Shown: in pieces, positions 29,110-38,631 of the stretch
How positions within the stretch are numbered: the stretch's first letter is position 1
Layout: each line of letters starts with the position of its first letter
From: Campylobacterota bacterium
GTDB lineage: Bacteria; Campylobacterota; Campylobacteria; Campylobacterales; Nitratiruptoraceae
Direction: 5' to 3'
DNA length: 64,000 bases
Assembly: GCA_015494715.1 (NCBI GenBank)
Contig: WGAT01000102.1
Location: forward strand, 1,431-65,430
The notes under the pieces: generated by a model
What the model saw: the letters and a program-made list of their open reading frames with translations, nothing else
What the model was told of the DNA's origin: nothing
The model's database searches: none
Translations under genes and position numbers: made by a program

Positions 29110-30300
29110 TTACAAGGGTACGGCAAAAGCACGAGGGTAAGAAATTTTGTTACCATAGGTTACAAAAACAGAGATACTTTTACCCCGGGCTAAGGGAATT
29201 TTCCACTCTATGGCATTGGGAAAAGAGCGTAGGGAGAGCGTAGGGGTGCTACATTGATCTATATGATAAAAGCGAAGCTGTCTGGCCAAAGAACGCTCTT
29301 TGACATACGCGCAAGATATTTTTAAATCTTGCAATTTTTTAGCCAAATTTTTCGCTAGATAGTAGCGATAGGCAAAATGGCTCTTTGGAGGGAGGAAATC
29401 AAAAAGCAACCCATTCAATACAAGAGCTAAATCATTGAGCACGAGCGAGCATAGCACGATCCAAAAAGCTACCCGGAGTTTTTTGCGATATTTTGGCAAA
29501 CGGACCCGAAAACTGCGTAAAAAGACCCGTACCATCACCACGACGCCAACCACGGCAAAAGGAGCGAAATCAACGATATGGATACGCTGACGAAAAGAGA
29601 GGATCAAAGCAAACAAAAAAGCCGTAGCGCTTACAAACCATATAATATCTTTGGACTCCTTTAGACCCACCCGATACAGACTATAAAAATAGTACAAAAA
29701 GACCAAAGGAGAAAATATTGCGCTAAAGATGGCAAAGGTATCCAAAAAATAACTCTTAGGCCGCCCACCCACCTCAAACCCGTAAAGCCATAAAGATAAA
29801 GCGAAAAAAAGCCCGTATACAATCGCTTTTTTATACTTTTTAGCGTATATCTCGTACAATGCCGCCGCCAAAAATAGCACGGCAAAAGCTTTATCCAAAA
29901 AGAGCAGGGCCAAAGCCAAAGGCAGATCAAGCCCATTTTGATACAAAAGCAAAAAGAACAAAGTAAAAAAAAGGATAAAAGGGGCTTTGCTCACCACCAC
30001 GCCAGAACCCAAAACCGCTGGCAACAAAGAAAAAATCACGGTAGCAAGCATAGCGTCTTTAGGTTTTTTGAGATAGTTTTTGGCTACAAACCAAAACAGC
30101 ACGATATTAAAAAGCGTAACGAAAATGACTGGCAAACGAACAGCCAGCTCCGATGGCCAACGGCTATAGAGCCAAAAGGTCAAATGGTGCAACCAGTCAT
30201 GCTTTGCGAATAAAATCGCAGCCTCTTCCACTCCTATGCCAAGATTGCTCGCTCCATACAACAATATACAAGCGTATAAGAGCAAGTAGGCAAATATCAT
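29110..30300 (-). CDS. Polytopic inner-membrane protein, possibly a GT-C-fold (family 39/83-like) glycosyltransferase
   Basis: 396 aa with about 10 hydrophobic segments. An early loop, 'GIGVEEAAILFAKHDW', resembles the acidic first-loop motif of ArnT/PMT-like enzymes. The functional call is weak. Confidence 0.35.
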   Translation of the reverse strand: MIFAYLLLYACILLYGASNLGIGVEEAAILFAKHDWLHHLTFWLYSRWPSELAVRLPVIFVTLFNIVLFWFVAKNYLKKPKDAMLATVIFSLLPAVLGSGVVVSKAPFILFFTLFFLLLYQNGLDLPLALALLFLDKAFAVLFLAAALYEIYAKKYKKAIVYGLFFALSLWLYGFEVGGRPKSYFLDTFAIFSAIFSPLVFLYYFYSLYRVGLKESKDIIWFVSATAFLFALILSFRQRIHIVDFAPFAVVGVVVMVRVFLRSFRVRLPKYRKKLRVAFWIVLCSLVLNDLALVLNGLLFDFLPPKSHFAYRYYLAKNLAKKLQDLKISCAYVKERSLARQLRFYHIDQCSTPTLSLRSFPNAIEWKIPLARGKSISVFVTYGNKISYPRAFAVPL

Positions 30301-30869
30301 AACTTCAAAAAGTTGTCCAATATCTCATACCCATACTCGCTCATGATCGATTCTGGATGAAACTGCACGCCAAAAATAGGCCGATTTTTAATCTGCAAGG
30401 CCATGATCTCTTTGTCATCCAAACTATAGGCCGTCGGCTGGACCACGGGAGGCAAAGAGTTGGGCTCGACGACAAGCGAATGGTATCTGGTGGCTCGAAA
30501 CTCTTTTGGCACTCCTGTAAAAATAGGTGTAGGGGCATCTATGGCTATTTGGCTCGTTTTGCCGTGCATCATATTTTTAGCCTGAACGATCCTACCCCCA
30601 AATGCTTGGGCAATGGCTTGGTGACCAAGACAAATGCCTAAAATCGGCTTACGATCGGCAAATGTATGTACTACATCCAAACTCACCCCAGCTTCGTTTG
30701 GCGTAGCGGGTCCGGGGGAGATGATGATCTTTTCGGGATTGATCGCTTCTATTTGCTCTACGCTCATCTCGTCGTTACGGATTACTTTGAGATTTGCGCC
30801 AAGCTCCAAGCAGTATTGGACGATGTTGTATGTAAAGCTGTCGTAATTGTCAATCATGAGTACCATCAA
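30297..30869 (-). CDS. Class I glutamine amidotransferase subunit of anthranilate / aminodeoxychorismate synthase
   Basis: 190 aa. 'MIDNYDSFTYN', catalytic 'ILGICLGHQAI' and 'GVQFHPES'. TrpG and PabA cannot be distinguished from the sequence alone. Confidence 0.88.
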   Translation of the reverse strand: MMVLMIDNYDSFTYNIVQYCLELGANLKVIRNDEMSVEQIEAINPEKIIISPGPATPNEAGVSLDVVHTFADRKPILGICLGHQAIAQAFGGRIVQAKNMMHGKTSQIAIDAPTPIFTGVPKEFRATRYHSLVVEPNSLPPVVQPTAYSLDDKEIMALQIKNRPIFGVQFHPESIMSEYGYEILDNFLKL

Positions 30870-31293
30870 GATCCTTTGTCCAAAAAAATTCTACCCACGC
30901 ATCGGCCTCCTTGAGCCAGATATGGGGTTTGTAGGAGGCCGAGGGTTTATAAAAGAGCGCGGCGCTAACGAAGCTGGTTTTAGGATTTTGACGAGCCAAC
31001 GCATCCATTACCTCTTTCATCGTCTCGCCACTATCGACGATATCATCGATCACCACTACATTTTTGGCTTCAATCTTCGGTATGTTAGCAAGGATTGGTT
31101 TGCCCACTTTTTTACGATCTTCATAGCTTTGCGCTCGTATGACATAGATAGCACGCACATCCAAAGCTTCCGCTAGCATATGCGCCGGTATGAGACCACC
31201 TCTAGCGATCGCTACGATAGCCTCACACGCTCCCACTTTTTTGGCCAACTCTTTGATATCTTGGACAAACTCCTCATAAGGATAGTATCTCAT
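30850..31293 (-). CDS. Purine phosphoribosyltransferase (small Gpt-like type)
   Basis: 147 aa. PRPP-binding motif 'VVVIDDIVDSGETM'. The size is like the small Gpt of Helicobacter. Confidence 0.75.
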   Translation of the reverse strand: MRYYPYEEFVQDIKELAKKVGACEAIVAIARGGLIPAHMLAEALDVRAIYVIRAQSYEDRKKVGKPILANIPKIEAKNVVVIDDIVDSGETMKEVMDALARQNPKTSFVSAALFYKPSASYKPHIWLKEADAWVEFFWTKDLDGTHD

Positions 31294-32354
31294 GCCCAGA
31301 CTCTTAGCTCGTTGTAGAGGCTGTCTCGCTCCACTGGTACAAAGCCGCTCTCTTTGATCAGGTGGACAAACTCATCCAAATCGACTCCGTTCCGGCTTGC
31401 CGCCCCCGCAGCGCTCTGGATCGCCTCGCGCTCGATGGTGCCGTCCAGATCGTCCGCCCCAAACTCTTGGGCTACGAGGGCAAGACCCAGCGTCGAAGAG
31501 GCCCAGTACGCCTTGATGTGTGGAATATTGTCTAGCATGAGTCTAGCGATCGCTATGGTTTTGAGATACTCTTGGCCGGTGACGAAGTTTTTGACTTTGA
31601 GATAGTTGTTCTCTTTTTGATAGACCAATGGGATAAAGCAGTTAAAGCCCCCCGTCCTATCTTGCAAATCTCTTAGACGCAGCATATGATCGATCCGATG
31701 GGCTCTATTTTCTATGTGGCCAAAGAGCATCGTAGCGTTGGATTTGCGCCCCTTTTGGTGCCAAAGCTCGTGAATTTGCAGCCATTCATCACTACGCACT
31801 TTGCCTTTGCAGATGTACTCTCGCACCTCTTCGTCAAAAATCTCGGCTCCCCCGCCCGGCATACTATCTACGCCGCTTTGGATCATACGATCGATCATCT
31901 GCTCGAAGCTCAGCCCATACTCCTTGGCCAAAAAGTTCACCTCGGCAGCCGTAAGGGCCTTGATGTGGATCTGAGGGAAGCGCTCTTTGATCTTGCGAAA
32001 CATATCCATGTACCACTCCAGTCCCACCTGGTTGTTGTGGGCAGAGACGATATGGACCTCTTTGACGCCCCGCCCGCTGGCGTCCTCGACGATCCGCAGT
32101 ACCTCATCGTGACTCATCGTGTAGGGGTTGGGATTTTTGCGATTGGCGCTAAAAGCGCAAAATTTGCAGACATCTTTGCAGATGTTGGTAGGATTGATAT
32201 GGCGGTTAATGTTGAAGTAAGTCTTGTTGCCATAGAGCTTTTGTCGCTTCGCATGGGCAAAATCGGCCAGAGTAAAAAGATCAAGCTCATATAGCCGCAC
32301 CCCATCTTCGTAGCCCAATCTCTCGCCGCTTTGGAGTTTTTCGATCAGTTCCAT
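31290..32354 (-). CDS. Futalosine-pathway radical SAM enzyme (aminofutalosine synthase MqnE or cyclase MqnC family)
   Basis: 354 aa. 'NINRHINPTNICKDVCKFCAF' carries the CxxxCxxC cluster motif. The MqnE versus MqnC assignment needs an alignment. Confidence 0.75.
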   Translation of the reverse strand: MELIEKLQSGERLGYEDGVRLYELDLFTLADFAHAKRQKLYGNKTYFNINRHINPTNICKDVCKFCAFSANRKNPNPYTMSHDEVLRIVEDASGRGVKEVHIVSAHNNQVGLEWYMDMFRKIKERFPQIHIKALTAAEVNFLAKEYGLSFEQMIDRMIQSGVDSMPGGGAEIFDEEVREYICKGKVRSDEWLQIHELWHQKGRKSNATMLFGHIENRAHRIDHMLRLRDLQDRTGGFNCFIPLVYQKENNYLKVKNFVTGQEYLKTIAIARLMLDNIPHIKAYWASSTLGLALVAQEFGADDLDGTIEREAIQSAAGAASRNGVDLDEFVHLIKESGFVPVERDSLYNELRVWA

Positions 32355-32367
32355 AGCCCCTCTTGGA

Positions 32368-32389
32368 TTTTTGTATAATTATACAAAAA
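32368..32389. promoter_or_regulatory. Perfect 22-bp palindrome with face-to-face TATAAT boxes between the mqn-family gene and glnD
   Basis: TTTTTGTATAATTATACAAAAA is its own reverse complement. TATAAT is present on both strands, preceded by TG and a T-tract. Confidence 0.5.
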
Positions 32390-32399
32390 AAGGAGAGGC

Positions 32400-34907
32400 T
32401 TGGATAGTAGATTACGCCAGCTTTTGGACTCTTCCCTCTCGGATCTAGAGATATCCAAAGAGCTTAGAGCCATTATCAAAGAGTATTTTGCCACCCTTGA
32501 CGAACTCTTTGCCAAAACCCAAGGCAAAGATTTCTTGGTACGCCATACCAGATACATCGACTCTATCGTTAAGACCATTTACAAGATCGCCGTACGCAAG
32601 CTTTTTGGAATCTACTCGCCGCTCTCTAATGCCATACCCCTTACTCTAACCGCCCTTGGAAGTTATGGAAGAGAGCAGCTCGCCCCTTACTCCGATATCG
32701 ACTTGATGCTCGTCTACGAAGAGATAGAAGGCTACAACACCCGATTGCTCATCGAAAAGATTCTCCATATCGCTTGGGATGCGGGATTAAAACTTGGCCA
32801 CAGAGTCCATGAAATCGGTGAGCTCCAAAGCGTGGCCAAAGAGGATATCACCATCAAGACCGCTTTACTTGAGTCTCGCTTTATCATTGGTAGCAAATAT
32901 CTTTGGTTTGAGATCCAAAGCGAACTGACCCAGATACGACACACCGATCAAAAAGAGTATGTTTTGGCCAAACTCGAAGAAGCAAAACGGCGACGCAAAA
33001 AATATCCGCTTAATATGCAGCCCTTTTTAAAAGAAGGCGTGGGGGGACTAAGAGATAGCAACCTGCTCTTTTGGATAGCCAACAGCCTGTATGGAGTAAG
33101 CTCGACAAGAGATCTTAGCGGCACCCTCTTTAGCGATGAAGAGTACAAGGAGTACCGCATCGCTCTGGAGTGGCTCTTTCGGCTTCGGGCGGCTTTGCAC
33201 CTAGTAGCGGGCAAAAAAGAGGATAGGCTCTTGATGCAATATATCCCCGACCTTGTCTCCAAACTTCAAATCAAAGGTACCACCCCCCAAAAACAGCAAC
33301 AAACCCTTATGAGCAAAACTTTCCAAGCCATGCATACAATCGATGCTTTTAGCCAGACTTTTACCAAAAAGATGGTACGGCCTTTGCTCTTTGAGAGCAC
33401 CAACGTACCTCTTTTTAAAAGGGCTCGTATTACTGCAGGATTTTATGAATGCGAAGAGCGTCTTTTTAGCCGTTTTATTCCCAAAGAGCGTCACATCACA
33501 AATTTGTTACAAACTCTCAATCTAACGGAATTTACCCAGTACGACCCTTCCGTTTTATATGTGGCCAAACAGACCAAATCGCCCAAAAAAACCTCAAAAA
33601 ATCTTTTGCAGCAGATCAAAAAGCTCTTTTACAAAAAACGGCTCTATGCCCCTTTGCGACTCTTGCACCAAGCCAATTTGCTGGGTATGGTAGTGCCGCC
33701 CCTAAAAAAAGTGCTCCATATGCCCCAGTTTGACGGCTACCATCAATATCCGGTGGATATCCACTCACTAGAGTGCGTGCGAGCCCTAGAACAGATTCAA
33801 GAGCCTTTCATCCAGGAGCTTTTTGACTCCTTGAGTCCCGAGGAGCAGGCGATGCTTCGGCTAGTCGTGCTGCTCCACGACAGCGGTAAGGGCAGGCGGC
33901 AACGCCATCACGAAGTGGGTGCGAAACTCTTGCGCTTCTACGCTCAAAAGCTGGGATTCACACCCGAACTCATCGAACTAGGCGCCACGCTCATTAAGTA
34001 TCATACCGCCATGACCGAGATCGCGTACAATCAAGATATCCACAGCCAAAAGGTGATCTACGCCTTTACCGCCCCTCTTGGGAGTAAAAAGACTTTGGAT
34101 ATGCTCTACATCCTAACCTACGCCGATATCAAAGGGGTAGGCAAGGATATCTACACCTCCTATCACGCCAACTTATTGCGCGAGCTTTACAATCAAGCCT
34201 TAGAAGCCTTGCAAAACAAAGAGATTTTAGACGAAGTGACCAAACGGCTGCGTAAAGAAAAGGCTCTCATGCGCCATCCCGACTTCCAAGCCCTTCCAAA
34301 AATTTTGCAAAAAAAGATCCTCTCCATCGACTCCAACCTCTTTTTTATAAAACACAAGCCCGAAGAGATCATACAAATCGCCAAAAGAGCCTATGAGACC
34401 AAGGATTTTAGCTATAAAATCGATGAGGAGGACTATCTCACCATCGAGATATACCGACGAAAACCGCTCAATCTTGGCTATTTACTGGGCAGACTCAGTT
34501 ATCTTGACATCGCTTCGATGGAGGTCTTTAAACTTTTTGACCAGATCAAATATTTTCGTATCGAATTTATCGGCAAAGAGGCCGATAGAGGCTATATTGA
34601 GCAAGTGATCCACGACTCTTTCGATATGGACAAACAAATTCGCCTCAAACGACCGATAATAGAACCACAAAATATCACGATCGATTGCGATCATTCCAAA
34701 ACATACGCATTTATGGGTATCGAAGCCAAAAACCAAAAAGGACTGCTCGCCTATTTGGCCAAAGTTTTTGACGATTTTGGCATCGATATCGCCACGGCCC
34801 GCATCAACACCGTCAAAGGACGGGCCAAAGATATGTTTTTGATAGAAAAAAACGGCAAGTTTTGCTCAAAAAAAGAGCAGATTTTACAAAAACTCACAGG
34901 AGCGTAA
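32400..34907 (+). CDS. glnD: [Protein-PII] uridylyltransferase / uridylyl-removing enzyme
   Basis: 835 aa, TTG start. Nucleotidyltransferase 'GSYGREQLAPYSDIDLMLV', HD domain 'VVLLHDSGKG', and two C-terminal ACT-like segments. Confidence 0.85.
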   Translation: MDSRLRQLLDSSLSDLEISKELRAIIKEYFATLDELFAKTQGKDFLVRHTRYIDSIVKTIYKIAVRKLFGIYSPLSNAIPLTLTALGSYGREQLAPYSDIDLMLVYEEIEGYNTRLLIEKILHIAWDAGLKLGHRVHEIGELQSVAKEDITIKTALLESRFIIGSKYLWFEIQSELTQIRHTDQKEYVLAKLEEAKRRRKKYPLNMQPFLKEGVGGLRDSNLLFWIANSLYGVSSTRDLSGTLFSDEEYKEYRIALEWLFRLRAALHLVAGKKEDRLLMQYIPDLVSKLQIKGTTPQKQQQTLMSKTFQAMHTIDAFSQTFTKKMVRPLLFESTNVPLFKRARITAGFYECEERLFSRFIPKERHITNLLQTLNLTEFTQYDPSVLYVAKQTKSPKKTSKNLLQQIKKLFYKKRLYAPLRLLHQANLLGMVVPPLKKVLHMPQFDGYHQYPVDIHSLECVRALEQIQEPFIQELFDSLSPEEQAMLRLVVLLHDSGKGRRQRHHEVGAKLLRFYAQKLGFTPELIELGATLIKYHTAMTEIAYNQDIHSQKVIYAFTAPLGSKKTLDMLYILTYADIKGVGKDIYTSYHANLLRELYNQALEALQNKEILDEVTKRLRKEKALMRHPDFQALPKILQKKILSIDSNLFFIKHKPEEIIQIAKRAYETKDFSYKIDEEDYLTIEIYRRKPLNLGYLLGRLSYLDIASMEVFKLFDQIKYFRIEFIGKEADRGYIEQVIHDSFDMDKQIRLKRPIIEPQNITIDCDHSKTYAFMGIEAKNQKGLLAYLAKVFDDFGIDIATARINTVKGRAKDMFLIEKNGKFCSKKEQILQKLTGA

Positions 34908-34910
34908 GAT

Positions 34911-36713
34911 TTGTGCGGCATAGTAGGATATATTGGAGAGGGCGATATCAAGGGCTTCTTGCTCGAAGGGCTCAAAGAGCTCGAATACAGAGGCTACGAT
35001 AGCGCCGGTATTGCCATACTCCAAAACGACAACCTCCATATAGCCAAAGCGGTAGGCAAACTGGACAATCTCATACAAAAGAGTAAAAATATCAAAACAA
35101 AAGGCTTTGGCGTAGGGATCGGACACACCCGTTGGGCAACGCACGGCAAACCCACCGAACTCAACGCCCATCCCCATCAAGGAGTATTTAGCTATGTAGT
35201 CCACAACGGCATTATCGAAAACTTCAAAGAGATAAAAGCCCAACTTGACGCCCAGTTTGTAAGCCAAACGGACACGGAAGTCATTGTCCATCTATTTGAA
35301 AAATATTTCAATCAAACCAAAGAGGCCAAAAAGGCTTTTGAGCAGACTATCAAGCGTCTAAAAGGCGCCTACGCCATTTTGCTCATCACAAAAGCCGATC
35401 CCAATAAGATCTTTTTCGCCAAAAAGGGCTCGCCGCTGATCATAGGCAAAAACGAAAAAGAGATCTTTTTTGCTTCTAGCGACGCTCCGCTTATTGGCCA
35501 CGCCAAAGAGGTACACTACCTCGAAGACGATGAGTGGGGCGTGGCTTCGGCTCACACGATGGAGCTGTACAAAAACGGAGGGGGCAAATCCAAACTCTCC
35601 TTTCAGCCTCTTACCATCGACAAAGAGTATGCCCAAAAAGGCGGTTATCGCTTTTTTATGGAAAAGGAGATCTACGAACAAAGCGATGTGATCGGCGATA
35701 CGATGATGGGCCGGGTAGAAGAGGGAGATGTGCATTTTGAAGAGATCGAAGAGGGATTTTTTGATGGAATCGACGCTATCAAAATATGCGCCTGCGGGAC
35801 GAGTTACCACGCAGGATTAAGCGGCTCTTATCTACTCCAGCGGCTCGCACGCATCCCAACTAGCAGCGAAATAGCCAGCGAATTTCGCTACAAAGAGCCG
35901 ATCTTGCGCAAAGATACCCTCTTTATAGTCATCAGCCAAAGCGGTGAGACGGCCGACACCCTCGAAGCTCTCAAGATGGCCAAAGCCGCAGGTCTTAAGA
36001 CCTTGGCCATTTGCAACGTGGACAACTCCTCCATCGTCCGTTTAGCCGATCGCACGATTCTTACAAGAGCCGGCATAGAAAAAGGGGTGGCCAGCACCAA
36101 AGCTTTTACCACTCAGGTGATGGTTTTGTGGATGTTGGCACTTTTGTTGGCTAAACAAAGAGCAACATTGACCCAAGAAAAAATCGACGAAGAGACTAAA
36201 GCGATGCTTCAAACCCCAAAAGCCCTCAAAGTCTTGCCCCAACTACACGAGCGGCTCAAGCGTCTCTCAAAACGCTATTTACACGGCCATGGATTTTTCT
36301 TTATCGGACGGGACCTCTTTTATCCATTGGCTCTTGAAGGAGCGCTCAAACTCAAAGAGATCAGCTATTTGCATGCCGAAGGATATCCAGCCGGAGAGAT
36401 GAAACACGGCCCCATCGCTCTAGCCGATCCAGAACTTTTTACCATTGCCTTGATGCCTCGTACCTTGCTATACGACAAGATAAAAAGCAATGTGGAGGAG
36501 CTGAGCGCAAGAGATTCTACTATCTGCTCGATCGGTCACGAATGGTTTGAGCTTGCCGACGATTTTATACAAATTAGGAGATGGACGCATCCTATGTTAG
36601 AATATTACGATATGAGCGTGGTGTTGCAGCTATTAGCGATGGAGATCGCCATTCGCCTTGGCAACGACGTGGATATGCCAAGAAATTTGGCCAAATCTGT
36701 AACGGTGGAATGA
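34911..36713 (+). CDS. glmS: Glutamine-fructose-6-phosphate aminotransferase
   Basis: 600 aa. Ntn 'MCGIVGYIG' (TTG start), two SIS domains, and the C-terminal 'AKSVTVE'. Confidence 0.96.
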   Translation: MCGIVGYIGEGDIKGFLLEGLKELEYRGYDSAGIAILQNDNLHIAKAVGKLDNLIQKSKNIKTKGFGVGIGHTRWATHGKPTELNAHPHQGVFSYVVHNGIIENFKEIKAQLDAQFVSQTDTEVIVHLFEKYFNQTKEAKKAFEQTIKRLKGAYAILLITKADPNKIFFAKKGSPLIIGKNEKEIFFASSDAPLIGHAKEVHYLEDDEWGVASAHTMELYKNGGGKSKLSFQPLTIDKEYAQKGGYRFFMEKEIYEQSDVIGDTMMGRVEEGDVHFEEIEEGFFDGIDAIKICACGTSYHAGLSGSYLLQRLARIPTSSEIASEFRYKEPILRKDTLFIVISQSGETADTLEALKMAKAAGLKTLAICNVDNSSIVRLADRTILTRAGIEKGVASTKAFTTQVMVLWMLALLLAKQRATLTQEKIDEETKAMLQTPKALKVLPQLHERLKRLSKRYLHGHGFFFIGRDLFYPLALEGALKLKEISYLHAEGYPAGEMKHGPIALADPELFTIALMPRTLLYDKIKSNVEELSARDSTICSIGHEWFELADDFIQIRRWTHPMLEYYDMSVVLQLLAMEIAIRLGNDVDMPRNLAKSVTVE

Positions 36714-36714
36714 G

Positions 36715-37071
36715 ATGGATATTCAAGCATTATTACAACAATTTATCGAACTGCTCAAAAAAGAAAACGGCTATCTCATCCAAAGCATGAACGATAAAGA
36801 GGCTTCTCAAAAGCTTATCGAGATAGTCCAAAAAAAAGAGGAGATACTCCAAAAAATCTTAGCCCTCGAACCAGAGGAGGTAGAGCCCTACAAAGCCGAT
36901 TTGGCACAAATTGACCACTGGACCCAACGCAATCAAGCTCTAGCTATCAACAATATCGAATTTATTAATGAGATATTTGACGCTATCTACGGCAAGGAGA
37001 GCGCTACCCAATATACCAAAGATGGTACGATATCCAATCAAAAAAAGGGATTTTTCAATAAAAAGGCGTAA
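36715..37071 (+). CDS. Putative FlgN-like flagellar export chaperone
   Basis: 118 aa, helical and acidic. It lies directly upstream of flgK, in the same position as flgN in Campylobacter. The call is by position and composition only. Confidence 0.4.
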   Translation: MDIQALLQQFIELLKKENGYLIQSMNDKEASQKLIEIVQKKEEILQKILALEPEEVEPYKADLAQIDHWTQRNQALAINNIEFINEIFDAIYGKESATQYTKDGTISNQKKGFFNKKA

Positions 37072-37073
37072 CC

Positions 37074-38453
37074 ATGTCACTCTTTAGCATACTAGCAATC
37101 AACGGACATACACTGGGCAGCTTCCAAAAGGGGATCGATCTTACCAATAAAAACGTCAACAATCTCAACAACAAAAACTACAGCAGGGAAAGAGCCGTTT
37201 TTAAAGAGCTCTCCAGCTATGGAGTTACGATGTCCGAGGCGTATCGGGTCTATGACCAACGCTATTTTGACCGCTTCATCAACGAAAACCAGCAAAGCAG
37301 CTACTATCAAGAGGTAAGCTCCTCCCTTGATACCATACAAAACATATTCAACGATACCCAAGGGAGTGGATTTGCCAAGGATATGGACGCCTACTACCAC
37401 GCTCTCAACGATATCGTAGCGGATCCGCAAAATATTCCCGCACGGGACAACTTTTTGGAAAAAGCCAAAGTACTAGTCTCAAAATTTAAAAGAAGCTATG
37501 AAGCGCTCAAGGACGAAAAGAGCAATCTGCAACGATCTCTCCAACAAGATGTGGACTCACTCAATCAGCTGAGCGACTCTTTGGCCAAAGTCAACAGACA
37601 AATAGCCGCCACCCCCTCGGATATGATCATAAATCAAGAAAAACGCAACACTTTGCTCAACCAGCGAGACAAACTCATCAAACAGATAAGCTCTTTGATC
37701 GATACCAAAGTACGCTACAACCCCAATGGCACTACCGACATATTCAGCGCCAAAGGGCACGCTTTAGTCGTCTCGGACAAAAGCTTTGCCGTCACATCCA
37801 CCCAAGAGGTCAAAGATTTGGGTAACGGGCTTGTGACCTACTCTATGCAAATTCAGATCAATGGAGCAAAATTAAGCGAGGATATCCATAAAGGTAAAAT
37901 TGGGGCCAAGCTCCATACCCAAAAGATTTTAGACGACACCACGCAAACGCTCAACACTCTTGTTATAAATTTTGCACAAAACCAAAATGATCTGCACAAA
38001 CGAGGATACGATCTCAACGATGCACAAGGTACGGCCCTATTTAGCCCAGACGACGATACGCTCAATCTCTCTAATATCCAAGTAGCGATTACCGATCCCA
38101 AAAAAATAGCCGCTTCATCCACTCCCGGCGCTCCATCAAATAACGAAAACGCAAAGTCGCTCCTACAAAGCCAAAACGAACCGATACAAGGACTCAATGA
38201 CCAAACTTTTCACGACTACTACGCCCATATGGTCTCCTCCCTTGGGGCACAAAAAAACTACATGGACACAATGTATCAACAAAGTTCGCAAATAGCCGAT
38301 ACGCTGGAGAAAAAGATCCAAGAAATAAGCGGAGTCAACCTAGACGAGGAGCTTGTCAACCTCTCCCAACTCCAACGCTCCTATCAAGCTGCGGCAAGAG
38401 TTTTAAGCGTTACGGACGGATTGCTACAAACGCTTATGAATATTATTCACTGA
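37074..38453 (+). CDS. flgK: Flagellar hook-associated protein 1 (hook-filament junction)
   Basis: 459 aa. Conserved axial N-terminus, and C-terminus 'LVNLSQLQRSYQAAARVLSVTDGLLQTLMNII'. Confidence 0.85.
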   Translation: MSLFSILAINGHTLGSFQKGIDLTNKNVNNLNNKNYSRERAVFKELSSYGVTMSEAYRVYDQRYFDRFINENQQSSYYQEVSSSLDTIQNIFNDTQGSGFAKDMDAYYHALNDIVADPQNIPARDNFLEKAKVLVSKFKRSYEALKDEKSNLQRSLQQDVDSLNQLSDSLAKVNRQIAATPSDMIINQEKRNTLLNQRDKLIKQISSLIDTKVRYNPNGTTDIFSAKGHALVVSDKSFAVTSTQEVKDLGNGLVTYSMQIQINGAKLSEDIHKGKIGAKLHTQKILDDTTQTLNTLVINFAQNQNDLHKRGYDLNDAQGTALFSPDDDTLNLSNIQVAITDPKKIAASSTPGAPSNNENAKSLLQSQNEPIQGLNDQTFHDYYAHMVSSLGAQKNYMDTMYQQSSQIADTLEKKIQEISGVNLDEELVNLSQLQRSYQAAARVLSVTDGLLQTLMNIIH

Positions 38454-38471
38454 CCTTATGCAGCTGAGCCT

Positions 38472-38539
38472 AAGGAGAGGTATTTTTAGGCGAGAAAAGA
38501 TTTTAACTTTTTCAACGACGCATAAAGATACCTCTCCTT
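38472..38539 (+). other. 12-bp perfect inverted repeat separated by 44 nt in the flgK-flgL spacer
   Basis: AAGGAGAGGTAT (38472-38483) and ATACCTCTCCTT (38528-38539). Confidence 0.5.
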
Positions 38540-38580
38540 GCGCCCAAAGAGTGCGCAAAATCAGTTATTCGCCAAGGCGC

Positions 38581-38607
38581 TAAAAAATTTTTTTTTAGTG
38601 CCGATAA
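38581..38607 (+). promoter_or_regulatory. Sigma28 (FliA)-type promoter upstream of flgL
   Basis: TAAA (38581-38584), a 15-nt spacer, then GCCGATAA (38600-38607). This is an exact match to the TAAA-N15-GCCGATAA consensus, 24 nt upstream of the flgL ATG. Confidence 0.65.
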
Positions 38608-38631
38608 TAAAAAGAAAAAAAAGAGGGCATC

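Noticed and set aside
29075-29112. A 9-bp direct repeat, ATTTCGTTA, occurring twice 29 bp apart upstream of aclB
   Set aside because: Two copies of a 9-mer in an AT-rich 111-bp spacer could be chance. One copy overlaps the stop codon of the neighbouring gene. There is no supporting symmetry or known motif.
36543-36556. A sigma54-like TGGTTT...TTGC element near the 3' end of glmS, as a possible promoter for flgN/flgK
   Set aside because: The spacing between GG and GC is 9 nt rather than 10, so the -24/-12 elements are out of register. I found no convincing promoter for flgN-flgK.
38570-38596. CGCC-AA-GGCG followed by a T9 run, as a rho-independent terminator for flgK
   Set aside because: A 4-bp stem with a 2-nt loop is sterically implausible. 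The T-run is better explained as the spacer of the sigma28 promoter.
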